The notes: generated by a model from the sequence alone, not told the origin. DNA of 64,000 nucleotides from Veleropilina oligotropha (GCA_048128005.1 JBEUKZ010000030.1:1-64000); one strand, 5' to 3'. Shown: positions 13,681 through 27,929, counted from the first letter of the stretch. Numbers and translations are program-made.

Positions 13681-15942
13681 TTATTTAAATAGAATAGATT
13701 TAAATAGAATTAGTTTGGGTTTAGAAAGCACATTAGTGTAACTCATATAAAAACCCATTGAAGTTGTCTTGTCCTCTATAACCTGCCCTGCTTCTTAAAA
13801 TACTCATCTAGGCGATTTTTAAATTGGTTTACAGATGTTGAATCCACTACATTATTAGGAAGAGCATTCCATTCATCGACAACCCGATTTGAGAAAAAGT
13901 GTTTTCTAACGTCAAGTCGGTATCGCTTTTTGTAAATCTTGTATTGATGCCCCCTGGTATGTCTTTGGTTCATCTGAAAAAAGAAACTATTGTCAACGTT
14001 GTATTTTCCTGTAAACATTTTAAACACCTGAATCATATCACCTCTTATCCTTCTCAAAGATAATGTTGTGAGGTTCAGTGCTCCTAGTCTGTCCTCATAT
14101 GGCAATTCCCTTAATTCTCCTATCAATTTTGTGGCTCTTCTTTGAACCTGTTCTAGAATATTGATATCCTTTTCAAGATATGGCCACCATGCTTGCACTG
14201 CATATTCTAAATGCGGTCTAACCATTTGCTTGTATAGGCGAGTTATGATGGCTTTAGATTTAAAATTAAAGTTTCTCTTTATCATTCCCAATATTTGATT
14301 TCCCTATTTGGCTGAGTCTGCACATTGATTTGATGGTTTGAATGTCTTGTCTACCCATACACCCAAATCTTTTTCTTTGGCCACTTATTTTAAAGTTTCT
14401 GAACCCATTTCATAATTATAGGTATTGTTGTTATAACCCACATGCATTACTTTACATTACTGGTGTTCAAATATTTTTTTTAGGGATTCTGAAATTTGTG
14501 CATCATCGGATATAACGTTTCCAATATAAGCATAAAAAGATTTGGGGTTTTCCTTGATGTTTTCTGATAGCTTTTCTTCAAAAGCTTTTTTGGCTGCTCG
14601 GATTTCTTTTTTACTTTCTTTCTCACATTCTTTATATTTTTGGTGCTCATCGTTGTCGTGCGACTCTCTGTATCGTTTCCAATGTTTATATTTCCTACTT
14701 ATAATTTTTTTGACTTTCATGGTTAACCATGGTGGTGAATGTTTTTTGCGTCTATACTTTAATGGAACATTTCTTTTCATTATTTCTTCGATGTTGTTTT
14801 GAAAAACTTTCCAACATTCTTTGGCATTTAAGTTTTCACTTCCCTCCCAGTTTATATTTTGGAGATCTGCTTTAATTTTGTCAAAATCTGCTTTTCGAAA
14901 ATCTGGTATTTCTTGTTTGCTAGTTTTCACAATTGTTTTTATGTGTAGCTGAAATTCAATTAAATCATGATCACTACTTCCAAGTTTCCCAATTCTGCTA
15001 ATGTTTTGTACCATATTTACCTCACTGGAAAACACTAAGTCTAATACATTATTGCCTCTAGTCGGGAAATCCACATGTTGGTGCATGAATTCATTTTGCA
15101 TTGTGGTTAAAAAATCTTTTTCTGCTTTCCTACTATGCAAATTTTTCCAATTTATATCTGGGTAATTAAAGTCTCCCATAATTAATACGTTGAACTTTCC
15201 AATGTACTGTTTAAATTAGAACTATTCTCTTCAGTGCTATTTGGTGAACGGTAAACAATACCTACAATTGTGCAACCTTTTTTATTATTCGCCATAATTT
15301 CACAACAAATTGAATTTTGAAAAGAGTTTATTTTAAAATCTTCACGAGAAACAGAATTTAGTCGATCTTTGATGTATAGTAATACCCCTCCACCTCTGCC
15401 ATTTAACGTGTCTGTTCTATCCTCTCTGTATAATTTGTAACCCATTACATTTAATTCGGCATCCTTTATGTTACTATTTGTCCATGATTCTGTAACTCTT
15501 AACACATCTGAGTTGTGTACATCAATTAGTGTTTCTAGTTCCCCTTGCTTATTCATCACACTTTGGGCATTTGTAAATATAACATTAAGCACGTTTTTGT
15601 CTTTTTTGTCTCCTCTAGATTTTGAAGGGCCTATCTGCTTTCTAGTGAATTTTGCGGTTTTTCTTTGCCTCTTTGCATTATTTAGATCGCTGTTTTCTGG
15701 TTGTTCCGTTCTATGATTTGGTGATCCAACCTCCCCCTTTAACAGTTTAAATGTTTCTCTATCGCCCTATTTACTCCTCTGGCCAGCACTTCTCCACCCT
15801 CCAGTGAAGGGTGCAGTCCATCTCTGAAATACCACTCTCTCCTTCCCTCAAACTTGTCACACAAATAAAAAAACACAAACCCCTCCGATCAACAATACTC
15901 ACGCAACCAGGCATTTACCTCTCATCTTCTCCAGCAATCTCC
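13681..15942 (-). mobile_element. CR1-clade LINE, internally deleted
   Basis: ORF1 esterase end (RDGLHP); APE endonuclease (FTNAQS, VTESW, YRSP, GDFNYP, SDH); RT core missing at the junction near 14457; C-terminal YKQMVRPHLEY..RLDVRKHFFSNRVV; (attctatttaaat) tail. Confidence 0.9.
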
Positions 15943-16011
15943 ATGGTGAACATTTCGTAGCGGTAGAGTGCCCAAGATGGCCGCCGGAGGGATTTAAATT
16001 TAGGTGATTAG

Positions 16012-16155
16012 GGGGTTGCAAGCGAGCAGGAAGAAGTCCTAACTAAATGTGTATGGGATGTGGAGACAACATAGTTGAGAACATCAGAATGGGGGACTAA
16101 AATATCCCGAGAACAGCCAAATTCAAATATTTAGGGTCTACCGTACAGGAGCGTC
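16012..16155 (+). mobile_element. RTE-clade LINE RT fragment
   Basis: Degenerate GLQASRKK...IPRTAKFKYLGSTVQE. Confidence 0.5.
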
Positions 16156-17202
16156 GATGTTCAAACAAATAGGCGGATAGGAGGATATTCAAGTTTATAC
16201 AGGGATATATTGACATATTGGTGTGTTCCAGTCGATTCCTAGACCCTTCAAACATAGGTTTGGACACCAAAATCAGGTCAATTTTTGGCGAACTTATAAT
16301 AGAAAATCTGATTCTGTGGTGGCCATTTTGAATTTTGCTCGAATATGAAAATGTAGGCTCATGGAGGGGACATAAGTTATATTCATGAGCTCCAGTGGAT
16401 TCGTAGATCATAAAACATAAGTTAGACACAAAATGAGATCAATGTTTTGGGAACTTATAGTCAAAAATCTGTTTTGGGGGCAGCCATTTTAAATTTTGCC
16501 AGTAAAAAAAATTGCTCAAGGATGACAAAGTGTCATCAAACGGATTTGCGTTCTGTATGATCTGTTCTACCAGAATCACCAATAAAACGTCGTATGTACT
16601 CCAATACACACCTAGTCAATTTCCTGTTCTTGTGAAGGCTGAAGGCAGATTTGCCTATGCCTAATAAACTACTACTACTACTACTACTACTACTACATAA
16701 TGAACCTTTTAGTCCAAAATAATTTGTTGCAAATTGTTTACAAGCGGCGAAATAAGACCATAAAACATATTTTCATTTTTATGTAGGCCCTATGATCCAT
16801 ATATTATGTACTCCGCGTAACTCATCTCGCTTCAATTCAGTCAGTTTGCTGCGACAAAATTTGACTTTTCGTCATTTATTGCTACATCTTTTAATTGTTA
16901 CATTTCATTTTTTAAATGTATTTTAACCATGGCGAATTACATTTAATGGTGTATATTGTGAAAATCACATTTTTACCGAGCACCAAATTAATAACGTTAT
17001 TTGATTTCCGGTAATTTTACGTCGTCATTTTCAGTCAAGTCACTATAATATATTATATAGATCAGCATCAAAATTGTCATGTTCCAGGATATCCCACCTG
17101 CAAACTCTGATTCTATGTATTTTGCAATTATGGACCTCAGATTTCCTTATATATTATCTCAGGACAAATTATTTGAAATTATATATTCCTTATATATTAT
17201 CC

Positions 17203-18137
17203 TTATTTATCACATATCTAGGTCATGTTCCCATAGTGCAACACCGTGTCTTATCCTTCGTATTAGACGCGTGTATTAAAGCCTGCTTGAAATGTGATTG
17301 GATGATTTAATGAATGAAATTAGAAAAGCCAATAGAACTGCATGTCACTAAAGGTCGAGCGCACTTCTTGTTTTTACTACGTATTGTTTACTATAATGTC
17401 ATAATGAGAATGCCGCCAATATTTGTAATGTTGACATTATGGCGGCGATAGTGGAAACATTTATAGCAATGGCCACAAAACAACAACATGTTAGAGATTA
17501 TTGGAACTGATTTCGAGGTAACGAGATTGCAGACGCGACAATCACATAATACTAGTATGCAGGAACCGAGGTACGTATACATAGCTTCTCCGCGATAGCA
17601 GACGCCAATGACAGATTCAAACCGGTCAGCGACACATATAATCCCGCGTTACTGTTTTTGGCAGATAGTTTTAAATCCTAATGAAAATTGTTATTCCAAT
17701 ATATTCACATAGTTTATATAAAGTTATATCGTTTTAGTTTCATAGAATATTTGTTAGTTATTTAATTAATGTCAATTAATCAACCACTGCCGCACTCTTT
17801 TTAGAGAGCATTGTTATTAATTTATGTAATGAGTAGTTAACAAGATGGCCTTTTGCATTAAACTGTTTACATATCACTTCGCCGTAATGTCGCCTTCACT
17901 CTACTGCTGATTCTTCGTGCCGGTAAGGAAATTTCGTGTGTTTGTAGTTTGTTTCCTACAAAAGAGCAATATGTGATAAATAGAACCTCACACTCATAGT
18001 AATGTAATATCACATTTATGAAACGCGTTTAACTAATTTTCATATTTTCCTCGGCAAGCCTCGGAAAATATGAAAATTAGTTAAACTCGTTTCATAAATG
18101 TGATATTACATTACCACTCATATGAGATCCTCTATAT
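17203..18137 (-). mobile_element. Hairpin-ended non-autonomous element (Crypton-like architecture)
   Basis: Palindrome with ~65-bp arms at 17987-18126. 14-bp inner repeat atatgtgataaata (17969-17982) is inverted at the far end (17204-17217). Confidence 0.6.
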
Positions 18138-18498
18138 ATTATATATTCCTTATATATTATCTCAGGACAAATTATTTGAATTTTTATTATAATTGACCCT
18201 TTTTATGGAATAAATTGACAACTGAAATAAGAAGTAAGCGTTATTATAAAATTTAAACACATGCTTTGATTATATTTTGAATATGGATTAACATATAATT
18301 TTAATTTCATTTAGCATTTCATTATTATCAATATGTTGTCTGTATCAGTATTCGGTCGCGTTATTACAAACTACATAGTTTATATAATAATTTTGTATCT
18401 CACATAGTAAATTAAAGACAAAATCAGTTTATTTCGTATTGCGGTTCATATTACGCGAGACGGCGATTCACACCAATTCACGATCCTGCTTTTTACAG

Positions 18499-18583
18499 GT
18501 GTGAGGCCGCCCAGACATACATAATCAACTGGAGTAACGTACAGAATGGAACTCGCTTCTATGACGTGACTATGGTTTGTCAG
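18499..18583 (+). CDS. TMEM179: TMEM179-family protein, coding exon 3
   Basis: tttttacag acceptor, phase 2 in and phase 0 out: CEAAQTYIINWSNVQNGTRFYDVTMVCQ, matching the family C-x-x-x-Q...FY loop. GTAAAC donor at 18584. Confidence 0.85.
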
Positions 18584-18632
18584 GTAAACTAGAAACACAA
18601 TAATTATATATACTGTTATTGACATGTATATT

Positions 18633-19107
18633 CCGGCGCCGATCCAGGGGGGGGGGCCCACCCGGCGCGCGCCCCCCTAAAGCTGGTCAAGCATACTAAA
18701 ATAATATGTATAATCTGATGCAAATGACTTTCAGAACATTATAAATAGGCCTACCCCAAAATACTAAAGTTGAATTGTATTACTATTAGCTTTTGCAATG
18801 TAATCATGCAGGAGGGGTGATTTCACACCGTTAATTGTCAAAATTTTCTTGCGCGGGGGGCGCCGACCCCCACGCGGACAATTCGATTATGACAAAATAA
18901 AATAAAAATTTGACTCGTGCTATCTGAGTGACGGTAGTTCATAAAATGTTAGAATGAAATATCGCTTATGCCCTGTCAGAGTGCAGGAGAGGGGGTTTCA
19001 GGCTGTTGATTGTCAAAATTTTCTTTCGCGTGGGGCCCCGCCCCCACGCGAACAGTTGATAGTAAATTCAGCGCCCCACCTACACAAAATTCCTGGATCC
19101 GCGCCTG
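18633..19107. mobile_element. MITE with hAT-like TIRs
   Basis: ccggcgccgatccagg ... cctggatccgcgcctg, flanked by an atatt direct repeat. Confidence 0.75.
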
Positions 19108-19920
19108 ATATTGTCATTTATAATATATTATAGGTAGTTGCGACTCACACGGTAAAAAACATTTCTGATAACATACAAGGGAATTGAAGTTTTGAAACAG
19201 CCGACTACTGAAGGCATTGCTAATTTTGGGACAACTTCAATATTATAATGTTGTTTACAACCCATCACAAAAACTGACTGAGGTCAGCATCCATGATAAA
19301 ATACACAATATGTAGACCAAAACGACCATAGTGAATATGTAAGATAGAAAACAATGGCAAGTATTAGTCACCCATTTTTCGATTTAAATAACAGGAATTG
19401 CAATATTTTACTTTCCAGTCCAAAATTACGCGTCTGGTGTTCTGATGAACAAATGATCTAACATCATTTAGATTATGCAGATGAAGTAAATTTCATCTAA
19501 TTCACTGATCTATATTGAAAGCCCTGTACCAAAATTGTAACTATGTAATTGTAACTATTTTTCTTGCAATAGGCTCCATATGTAACGTATGTATGTCTAC
19601 GAGCATATATAAAAAAACGATAAAAAAATTCGATTTACTCAATTTATGGATACAGGATAGGGTTCACCCTTGGCTCGATCGACTTTGATGATTGTATGGA
19701 TCAGGATTCGAATCTGGAATTTATGACGCATATTCCGGTTTACGGCTCTAGCGCCAAAACGTTTCGCCGTACATACTTAAAATCAGACTCAAAGTATTAT
19801 ATTATTCGTGTGACAATAGCATGTTGATTTTATCTGGCATCTACATTATACAAGATGGCCACCAGGGGAGGGGTTGGGTGTGCTGTAACATTGATGAAAT
19901 ATGTAACATTAAAAGGATGT

Positions 19921-20245
19921 GCCGTCGTGGCTCAGTGGGTTGTTCACAGGACTCCGGTCACAGAGTCCCGGGTTGCACCCGAAGCTCGGCGATTTTCCTT
20001 GAGCAACGAAATAAGCATATATTTGCCTCTGTCCACCCAGCCGATCTGAATGGGTACCTGGTTGGCAGTTATGTAAGTCACGGCGCTACCCACGTGTAAA
20101 TGACTAATGCTCCCAGAGGGAGTTGAGAGGGTATATCGAGTGGAACAGGCCCATAACCAGGGGTAATAAAATAATAATGTTCAGCACATTGAGACATTTG
20201 CGTAATAATGCGCTATACAAGACCGTTAAATTAATTATTATTAAT
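19921..20245 (+). mobile_element. tRNA-derived SINE family 1
   Basis: Colinear with the 3782 copy (head, cacccag..gggtacctggttggcag, tail). Confidence 0.8.
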
Positions 20246-20356
20246 TACATTTGAATCAATTATTTTTGGGAGATATGCTTGCAGACAAACAACACGCGAT
20301 TATACATTCTTAGGGTACACGCGGAGCCCATTGCAATATCATCGCATCTCCTTCGG

Positions 20357-20622
20357 AGGCGCGCCGCTTCGACTACTGTGTGGTTTCGGTTGTGGACTCC
20401 GAATAAATCACTGGCTGGATTCCGCTGATGCGAACAGTATTAGTTTCAAACCTCGGCAGGGACATCACACATTTGTTCAAGTTATGAATCACAGTTGTCC
20501 GTAACTGGTCGGAGAGGGTGGGTTTCCCCGGGCGACCGGGTTTTCCTCCTGCGATAATATGGACATGTCCTGCTTTGAATCAAATGATGGTTGGAAATAT
20601 ACAGGACATTAAGCATCGATCC
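20357..20622 (+). mobile_element. tRNA-derived SINE family 2 (V-domain-like)
   Basis: Shares gttatgaatcacagttgtccgt...cgaccgggttttcctcc...caggacattaagcat with the 42143 copy; another copy at ~23295-23533. Confidence 0.75.
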
Positions 20623-20664
20623 ATTTCTTTCCTCTTTCTTCCGGAAGCGAGGGTAATTAAGTCT

Positions 20665-20963
20665 CAAAATGTTTGGATCTTTTCCTTTATACGACCCCAA
20701 ATTTTAGAAAGCTATTTTACTTGACGAGCAGAAACCAACGCAACTGTGCTCCAACTAGGTCAATTGGAAATGAACATGCTGTTAAATCCATGGAGACTAG
20801 CAACAGGTGAACCTCGGTCAGTTCAGACTCACTGGGCGGTCCGGTGTATATACGTTTGTAAAGCCAATACAACTATATACCCATCACGTGTATCTTATCG
20901 CAAACTGCATTTGCCTTTAGTATAAATTTGGGGTCGTATAAAGGAAAAGAACCAAATGTTTTT
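20665..20963. mobile_element. Small MITE with ~40-bp TIRs
   Basis: tttcctttatacgaccccaaattt ... aaatttggggtcgtataaaggaaaa. Confidence 0.7.
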
Positions 20964-21136
20964 AGTTGCAGATGTCGTTCGCCGTCGAGTTCATAGGAAC
21001 TGCGGCGAGGGTTTGCAACCTCGAATTATCATATATTATGAGTGGCTGTTGATAATTGGAATATATACACACAATGTCGCATTATTTTAGTTTCTCCAAA
21101 TACTCCAGAGGTATTTTATGCATACTTATCTTCCAG

Positions 21137-21352
21137 CTTGCTGGGTGGAGCGTCTTTCTGTTGTATTTCGTCATGACAATTATATCCATGGTACGTTGTC
21201 GCCGAGATGCAAAAATCAGAGGGGCATTTAACGATAATTCGGGATTTGTAACACCTGAGCAACTTTATCCACCAGAGTTGCCTTATGCAAGTCCGCACGG
21301 CCAACTAAAGATGATGGAAGAGGAATCCGAAGAACAAAGTCCATTTCAGTAG
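21137..21352 (+). CDS. TMEM179: TMEM179-family protein, coding exon 4 (TM4 and cytoplasmic tail)
   Basis: cttccag acceptor; LAGWSVFLLYFVMTIISMVRC...SPFQ then TAG. The four exons total 720 nt = 239 aa plus stop with no frame break. Confidence 0.85.
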   Translation, partial: LAGWSVFLLYFVMTIISMVRCRRDAKIRGAFNDNSGFVTPEQLYPPELPYASPHGQLKMMEEESEEQSPFQ

Positions 21353-21683
21353 GGCCAACCTCATCGCACAATATACCATTTTGCAAAATATTTGTAACTG
21401 GGCATCCGTATTATTTCATTTTGTGTGGGATATTAGTTCACCGGCAGTTTTTATACTTTCATGATGAAATAGAGGCTCACACGGCGTAGGTGTAAATTGG
21501 CTTACGAAACCATTTGTGTATAGTGCGCAAATCTTATTCATTGAAAAGTATATAAATCATTTGAGCGATGCCATGTGTGAGCACTGAGTATTGAGTTTTA
21601 TGATGTGTTTTCATTGATCTGATACCGGTGTATTCGCATTACGCAGTCAGCATTTTATTGCGAAAGATCTTGATATTTGTTAT

Positions 21684-22902
21684 TTAATCCATTTTGACCT
21701 AGTTTTATTTTGTTATACCTGTTGATTATCCTACACGAACCCACGGCTGCGATTATATTGTGTTCGTTGATTAAAACACTAATTAAACAAGTGTTGCGTG
21801 CATGACGATTTCATTCCAAAAAACGAGGAAAGCATGTTTAAGGCAGTTGTGGCATATAATCCAAGTGTTCTATTTATCTGCGGACGAGTCCATTCTAGAA
21901 CATGTGGACACTGAAAATAAAATATGTATATCAATTATTTTAATGCGCAGACAACGCTTTTTTACTTACAAAAATCTAGCACAGTAAATTCGTTACCTAA
22001 ATCAAAAATGAAATGCACTTTAAACGTTCATAAGAATATGGCAATTAATACTCTGTAAATTTTATTGTTCGTATGAATGATTTTTCATTGTTTTAATTTT
22101 ATGTTGTTTACAACCGTATTAGTGAATCCCGAGAATTATTTAAACATAATATCACAGAAATGTCATTAACCTCTTGAGTGCTCAGGTAAATTTGTACAGT
22201 GGCTGTAATATGTTACTTAAAATGACGTCGAATACATTACGCAAGACGTTTATCACAATCTCTCCCTGCTGCAACTATACCAGTTTTGGGTTCCAGCAGC
22301 GCAACATTTACAGATACAGATACAGTTTGTAATATATATATATGGCAGTATTAGCATTGTGCGATATCAATTTACATGCTTCGTCGTATTTATATGCGCT
22401 ACGCACTGTACGTCATAGCCATGATAGTGGCTGCGAGCACCCAAACGATTAAAATGCAATATATATTTGCAATATTAGGCAGTTTACCTGATACTGTCAA
22501 CAGAGATAAATCTCTGTGTTCTGGTCAAACAGCTGAAACCAAGTGAAGCGTGCTTTGAAGTTTACATCCTCGTGACGCACAAGTATTCACCTTGCATGCC
22601 GGTATAATAACACATTAATCGTCTATTCATAAAGATGATTATATCTAATTGAAACGTATGTCCGACAGGAGTTCTGAGAGAACAATCCACATTTTGCACA
22701 ATATATGTTTGTTATTTTTCATAAATGAGCGATTTTTTGTACATAGTAATGTTTGAAATGTAAAACATAGCAAGTAATGTCAAAATGCATTAATTAAGTT
22801 AACCAACTTTGGACTGTGTTTCGTGTAAAATAATTCACTTGGGCCTGTCCGCCCGCGTGAATTATTTTTCACGAATACACAGTCCCACGTTGGTTTACAT
22901 AT
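21684..22902 (-). mobile_element. Diverged full-length copy of the 39225-40171 hairpin-ended element
   Basis: Reverse complement aligns end to end with 39225-40171 (tttaatccattttgacc end; atctgcggacgagtccattctag; hairpin at ~22797-22897). Confidence 0.8.
22170..22448. mobile_element. piggyBac-like MITE nested in the hairpin element
   Basis: TTAA on both sides and imperfect TIRs cctcttgagtgctc / gagcacccaaacga. The host element resumes colinearly after it. Confidence 0.65.
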
Positions 22903-24222
22903 ATTATTATTTTGTACTTGAAAATATTCTGTTTAAATTTAAGAATTAGTGTCACGGAGAGACGTTTATACATCGCGCATAACTTGTATACGGCCACATG
23001 GAACCGGTAAATACTGGCTATACGTAGAACGTACAACGCGCACATGTGTTCGTAGCTTGACGTTTTCTGGTTCCATTGACACTTCATCGTTTGTCTTCAA
23101 GAACTTGCATTGTCTTTTAGTTGCACGTTATATTGTGGCGACTATGTGACCCGTGACTGTAAATTATGACATTGATAATTATACTGTACAGTAAAATATG
23201 TTAATAATATATTATACTGTACCGTAAAATATGTTAATTCCATAGTGTTATTTCTATAGTTGATAAAACTTAATCTGTATTAGTGGGACTGTTCCAACAG
23301 TCGTGTGGTCTCGGTTGCAGACACTGAAATCACTGCAATTTGGCTTGATTCCGCCGACACGAACACTAGTGGGTCCGAATATCGGTTGGAGCATTGACAT
23401 TACTTGTTCAGTTATGAATCACAGTTGTCCGTAACTGGTCGGAGAGGGCGTTTCTCCCGCAATATTATGGATATGTCCTGCTTTGAACCTGATTGTTGTA
23501 AATATACAGGATATTAAGCATTGATCCAATCCAATATGTTTAATGTAAGCATCTTAGCCAAAACAATATTTATAGGAGCATTGGGTATATACAGTTTATT
23601 ACACGTTCAAAAGCTGTTCAAGAAATATATACCTTACGTTTATTTGCTAGCTATTACCTTGTATTCACACTCTATTGAATGTTGAGATAAGTATACCGTG
23701 TAGATATATAGTTTGTTCGTTTATTTGTTTGGTATAGCGTATATAATTATTTAATAAATGAATATTTCTTCATTTGTTCATTCCCATATCCTTTGCTGTT
23801 TTATGACAATGCTAACATGTTGTAATGTGTACATATTATAGAAACTTCTTTCATTAATATATTAATCGGATATCTTAACACTATACTACTATGTTATGTA
23901 TGCATGTTTTAAAAGTTTAAATTTTGATATGAGCGTTATGAGGAATATCACATTCATTGAAATATGGACTTTGCAAGTCCGTTATTGGTCCGTTTCAGAC
24001 ATATTATATTGATTTTCTTTACAAATGGTTTGTAAATATATCCTATTGTTTGCGATTGAAAATTATGATATATAGACAAAGGCTCAAACACACCTGTATG
24101 CTTGTGTACCTGTATTGGTACAGTTTGCTCTCAGACATTTTGTATTTACAGTTACAATATTGCAAAACGTCTTTCGTGCGCATACAAGTTTGAAAAAACT
24201 GTGTAAAGGACACACGCGCGCA

Positions 24223-24655
<433 letters not shown>

Positions 24656-26155
24656 CCCTATAAATAAGGCTTTGAATATTACAAATGCAGTCAGATTCCA
24701 CAAAACAAAAAACAAGGCAGAAATACTTTATTGCTATGTCAAATATAGACAATTTTAATAATATTTTAATAAAGATTAAGTGTAACATACAATGAGTCTT
24801 TTGTCGATAAGATACCCACATAATTAAAACTTAAATTTCAAATTAACTTGAACGTAAATCCCGGGTTAGGGTTAACCCTAAATCCTAAACCTAACCCTGG
24901 TTAATCCCGATTACACCTGAAACATAAAAAGAAATATTCAAATACTTATATAGCGATAATATTAAATCTATCACGTTGTTATAAATTCAAGATTGTGTGA
25001 AAAAGATGACAAGTATGTCAAGATGAACTGTTATTTTTCATTACAGATATGTTACATATAATATATAAAATGAATTCGTTTCCTGAAAATTCTGTAAATG
25101 AACTCGTTTCCTGAAAATTTCAATAATTTTATTATTATTCGAAGTCAAATACTGCTTCGATTACATGTGGACTTTTCACCATGTTCCTTCATCAGCACAG
25201 AATTGAATCGCATGCCCATTCGTAACTGTTTTTTAGCTACACGGAATCAATGTTATACTTACAAACGCTCATAATAAGCCAAAACCTTATTTGGCGATGA
25301 ACGGTATCTCCGTCACAATCGCCACACAATCCTTCAATACCAGAACGTCTCTGCCAGTGAATCCACAAAATATTGCCATGAAAGATATCCAGGTGTAGCA
25401 GTCTGTATTCATAATAACCCATCTACTTGTAGCCGAAATTTTTACTTTGATTTTCCGCATTGTGGTTTCGTATGGTAATTTAACAATATTTCTCTTCACC
25501 ATTGAAGATAAAAATAAAATTAGAAATAAAATTTCACATTTATAAATTTGAATATAATCGGAACGATATTTAACAACGTACTTTTCACGAACAGACACGA
25601 TTCGAAGCCCATCACAACCCACGTGAGCTTATCCATAGCATGGGGGAAAGAACCATTTATCAAAAAAACGTTTTGTTCGTGCCGTTGGTCATGTGACTAC
25701 AGTAGCAAACGTCGTTATATCACTATTACATTTTGTTTGCATTAGTCCGATATAAAGATATAACTCATAAGCAGTTGCGATGCCACGCCTCTCAAAATGT
25801 GCATCGTGGTCGTAGCCGACGTTGCAAATGAGATGAGATGCAGTCTAATGACGTTCATGACGTCTACGAGAGCTCAACAAGCGGGCATCGAAACTTGTCG
25901 ATCACGACCTTTATAGACCACGTGCAACGATACCATAAGTCATCCTAAATCCTGGAGTCCGATATGGCTCGGCTCCAGGAGTTAGGATAACGTATTTATT
26001 TCAACATTTCCTCCCAAAAATTGTAATATATGCCATAGATGTACTTGATTTTGCGATACCGAACATCGTTACCGATTTGAATAGATTTTGGATTAGGACA
26101 AGAATGACGCACGAATTGTAAATAATTTATTTAAATAACAGTGTAATAAGTGTAT

Positions 26156-27812
26156 AACTAGAGGAGTTGTTTTTGTGTGAACAAAAACATATGTCTCCCC
26201 ATGTAAGAGAATTCACTCAATATTGAGATCCTCATGAAGTTTGGAAAGTCACGAACTGTGAGAGTGTAAATATATTTGGCGAAATGGATGGATTTATGCA
26301 AATATCCTGAATATTTACACCCTTCACGTTCAAGGCATGTGAACCTATGAAGATGACAAGAATTTGAGTAGGTCAAAGGTCATTTTCTGAAAATTACGCC
26401 TTGCACAATGGAACGTTAAGAGCAGAGGGCATATCACAGGAAATCATGCTGGCATGTATAGGACCCGAGATCTAGCCCGGACAAGGTGTGTATCAGGAAA
26501 GTACATTTTGACCTCTGTGACCTTAACCTCTGAACGAACAACAAACTGAACATTGTTATACAGGGGAAAAGTTGGTGAAAAATAATTAAGAAAACAAAAT
26601 ATAAAAATGCTCAAATATGGATTTTTTTTATGAAGGTGCCAAGGTCAAAAGTGCAAAATTTTAGCACCCTGCTTCAAGTGTGGGCCATGCATCTTCACAG
26701 AAGTTAGAAGGATAAGATTTGACATCACCGAGAACCAAACCGGACACGATTTCGGGGTCATTAGGTCAAGGTCGAAGGTCGTTTCCGCAAAATTTTGCCG
26801 AAAAGCATAATGTCAAATTAGGGCGGTTTAGCATACCAAAGGAAATCATGCTGGACCTGAGATCGGTGTAGCCCGGACAAGATGTGTGTTAGAGAAAGTA
26901 CATTTTGACCTCTGTGACCTTGACCTTTGACCGAACAACAAAATTGAACATTGTTATATAAATGTATTCACCCTCAGGAATAAATTTGATGAAAAAAATT
27001 AAGAAAACAATAAAAATGCCCAAATAAGGAAATTGTTTATCAAGGTCACAAAATTTTAGCGCCCTGCACATGCTTGAAGTGTGGGCCATGCATCTACAAA
27101 TAAATTATAAGCATAATATTTGACGTCTCCGAGACCCAGACCGGACACGATTTCGGGGGTCAAAGGTTATTACGTCAAGGTCTAAAGTCTTTTTCGCGAA
27201 ATTTTGCCAAATAGTACAATGGCATTATAGGGCAGTTTAACATACCAAAGGAAATCAGTCTGGCATGTATAGGACCTGAGATCTATCCCGGACTAGGTGT
27301 GTTTTAGGGAAAGTACATTTTAGCCCCTGTGACCTTGACCTTTGACCGAACAACAAAATTGAACATTGTTATATAATGTACTCACCCTCAGGAATACATT
27401 TGATGAAAAAAAGTAAGAAAACAAAATATAAAAATGCCCAAATATAGAAATTGTTTATCAAGGTCAAAGATCAAAAGTGCAAAATTTTAGCGCCGTGCAC
27501 ATGATTGGGTGTGGGCCATGCATCTACAAAGAAATTGGAAGGATAAGATTTGAAGTCTCCGAGAACCATGCCGGACACGATTTCGGGGTCAAAGGTCATT
27601 ACGTCAAGGTCGAAAGTTATCTTTTCGTGAAATTTTGCCGAAAAGCACAATGGCATGCTTGGACGGTTTAATGTACCAAAGTAAATAATGCTGGCACGTA
27701 TAGGACCTGAGATCTAGTCCGGACAAGAAAAGTGAGGAAGAATGAGGAGAAAGAGAAGGAGAATGGAGTCTAAACAATATGTCTCTGCCATCCTTTGGAT
27801 AGGGTGACATAA
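26156..27812 (-). mobile_element. Helentron-associated non-autonomous element (HINE) with ~410-bp internal tandem repeats
   Basis: aactagaggagttg..atgtctcccc end, hairpin atgtctctgccatcctttggatagggtgacat at the other end, about 4 tandem units. Same family in opposite orientation at 51398-54102. Confidence 0.75.
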
Positions 27813-27929
27813 TAGACAAATAATTTTAGTAATACAAGTTAATTAATGAACAAATGTAATTTGTTTCGCTATTTAAATTTGAGAGTGACATCAGGCCATG
27901 TGTTCGCAGCTGGAGGCAAGCATTGTCCA

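Noticed and set aside
24863..24908. Head-to-head TTAGGG/CCCTAA as a telomere fusion scar
   Set aside because: Only a few degenerate units; such motifs are common inside small DNA transposons.
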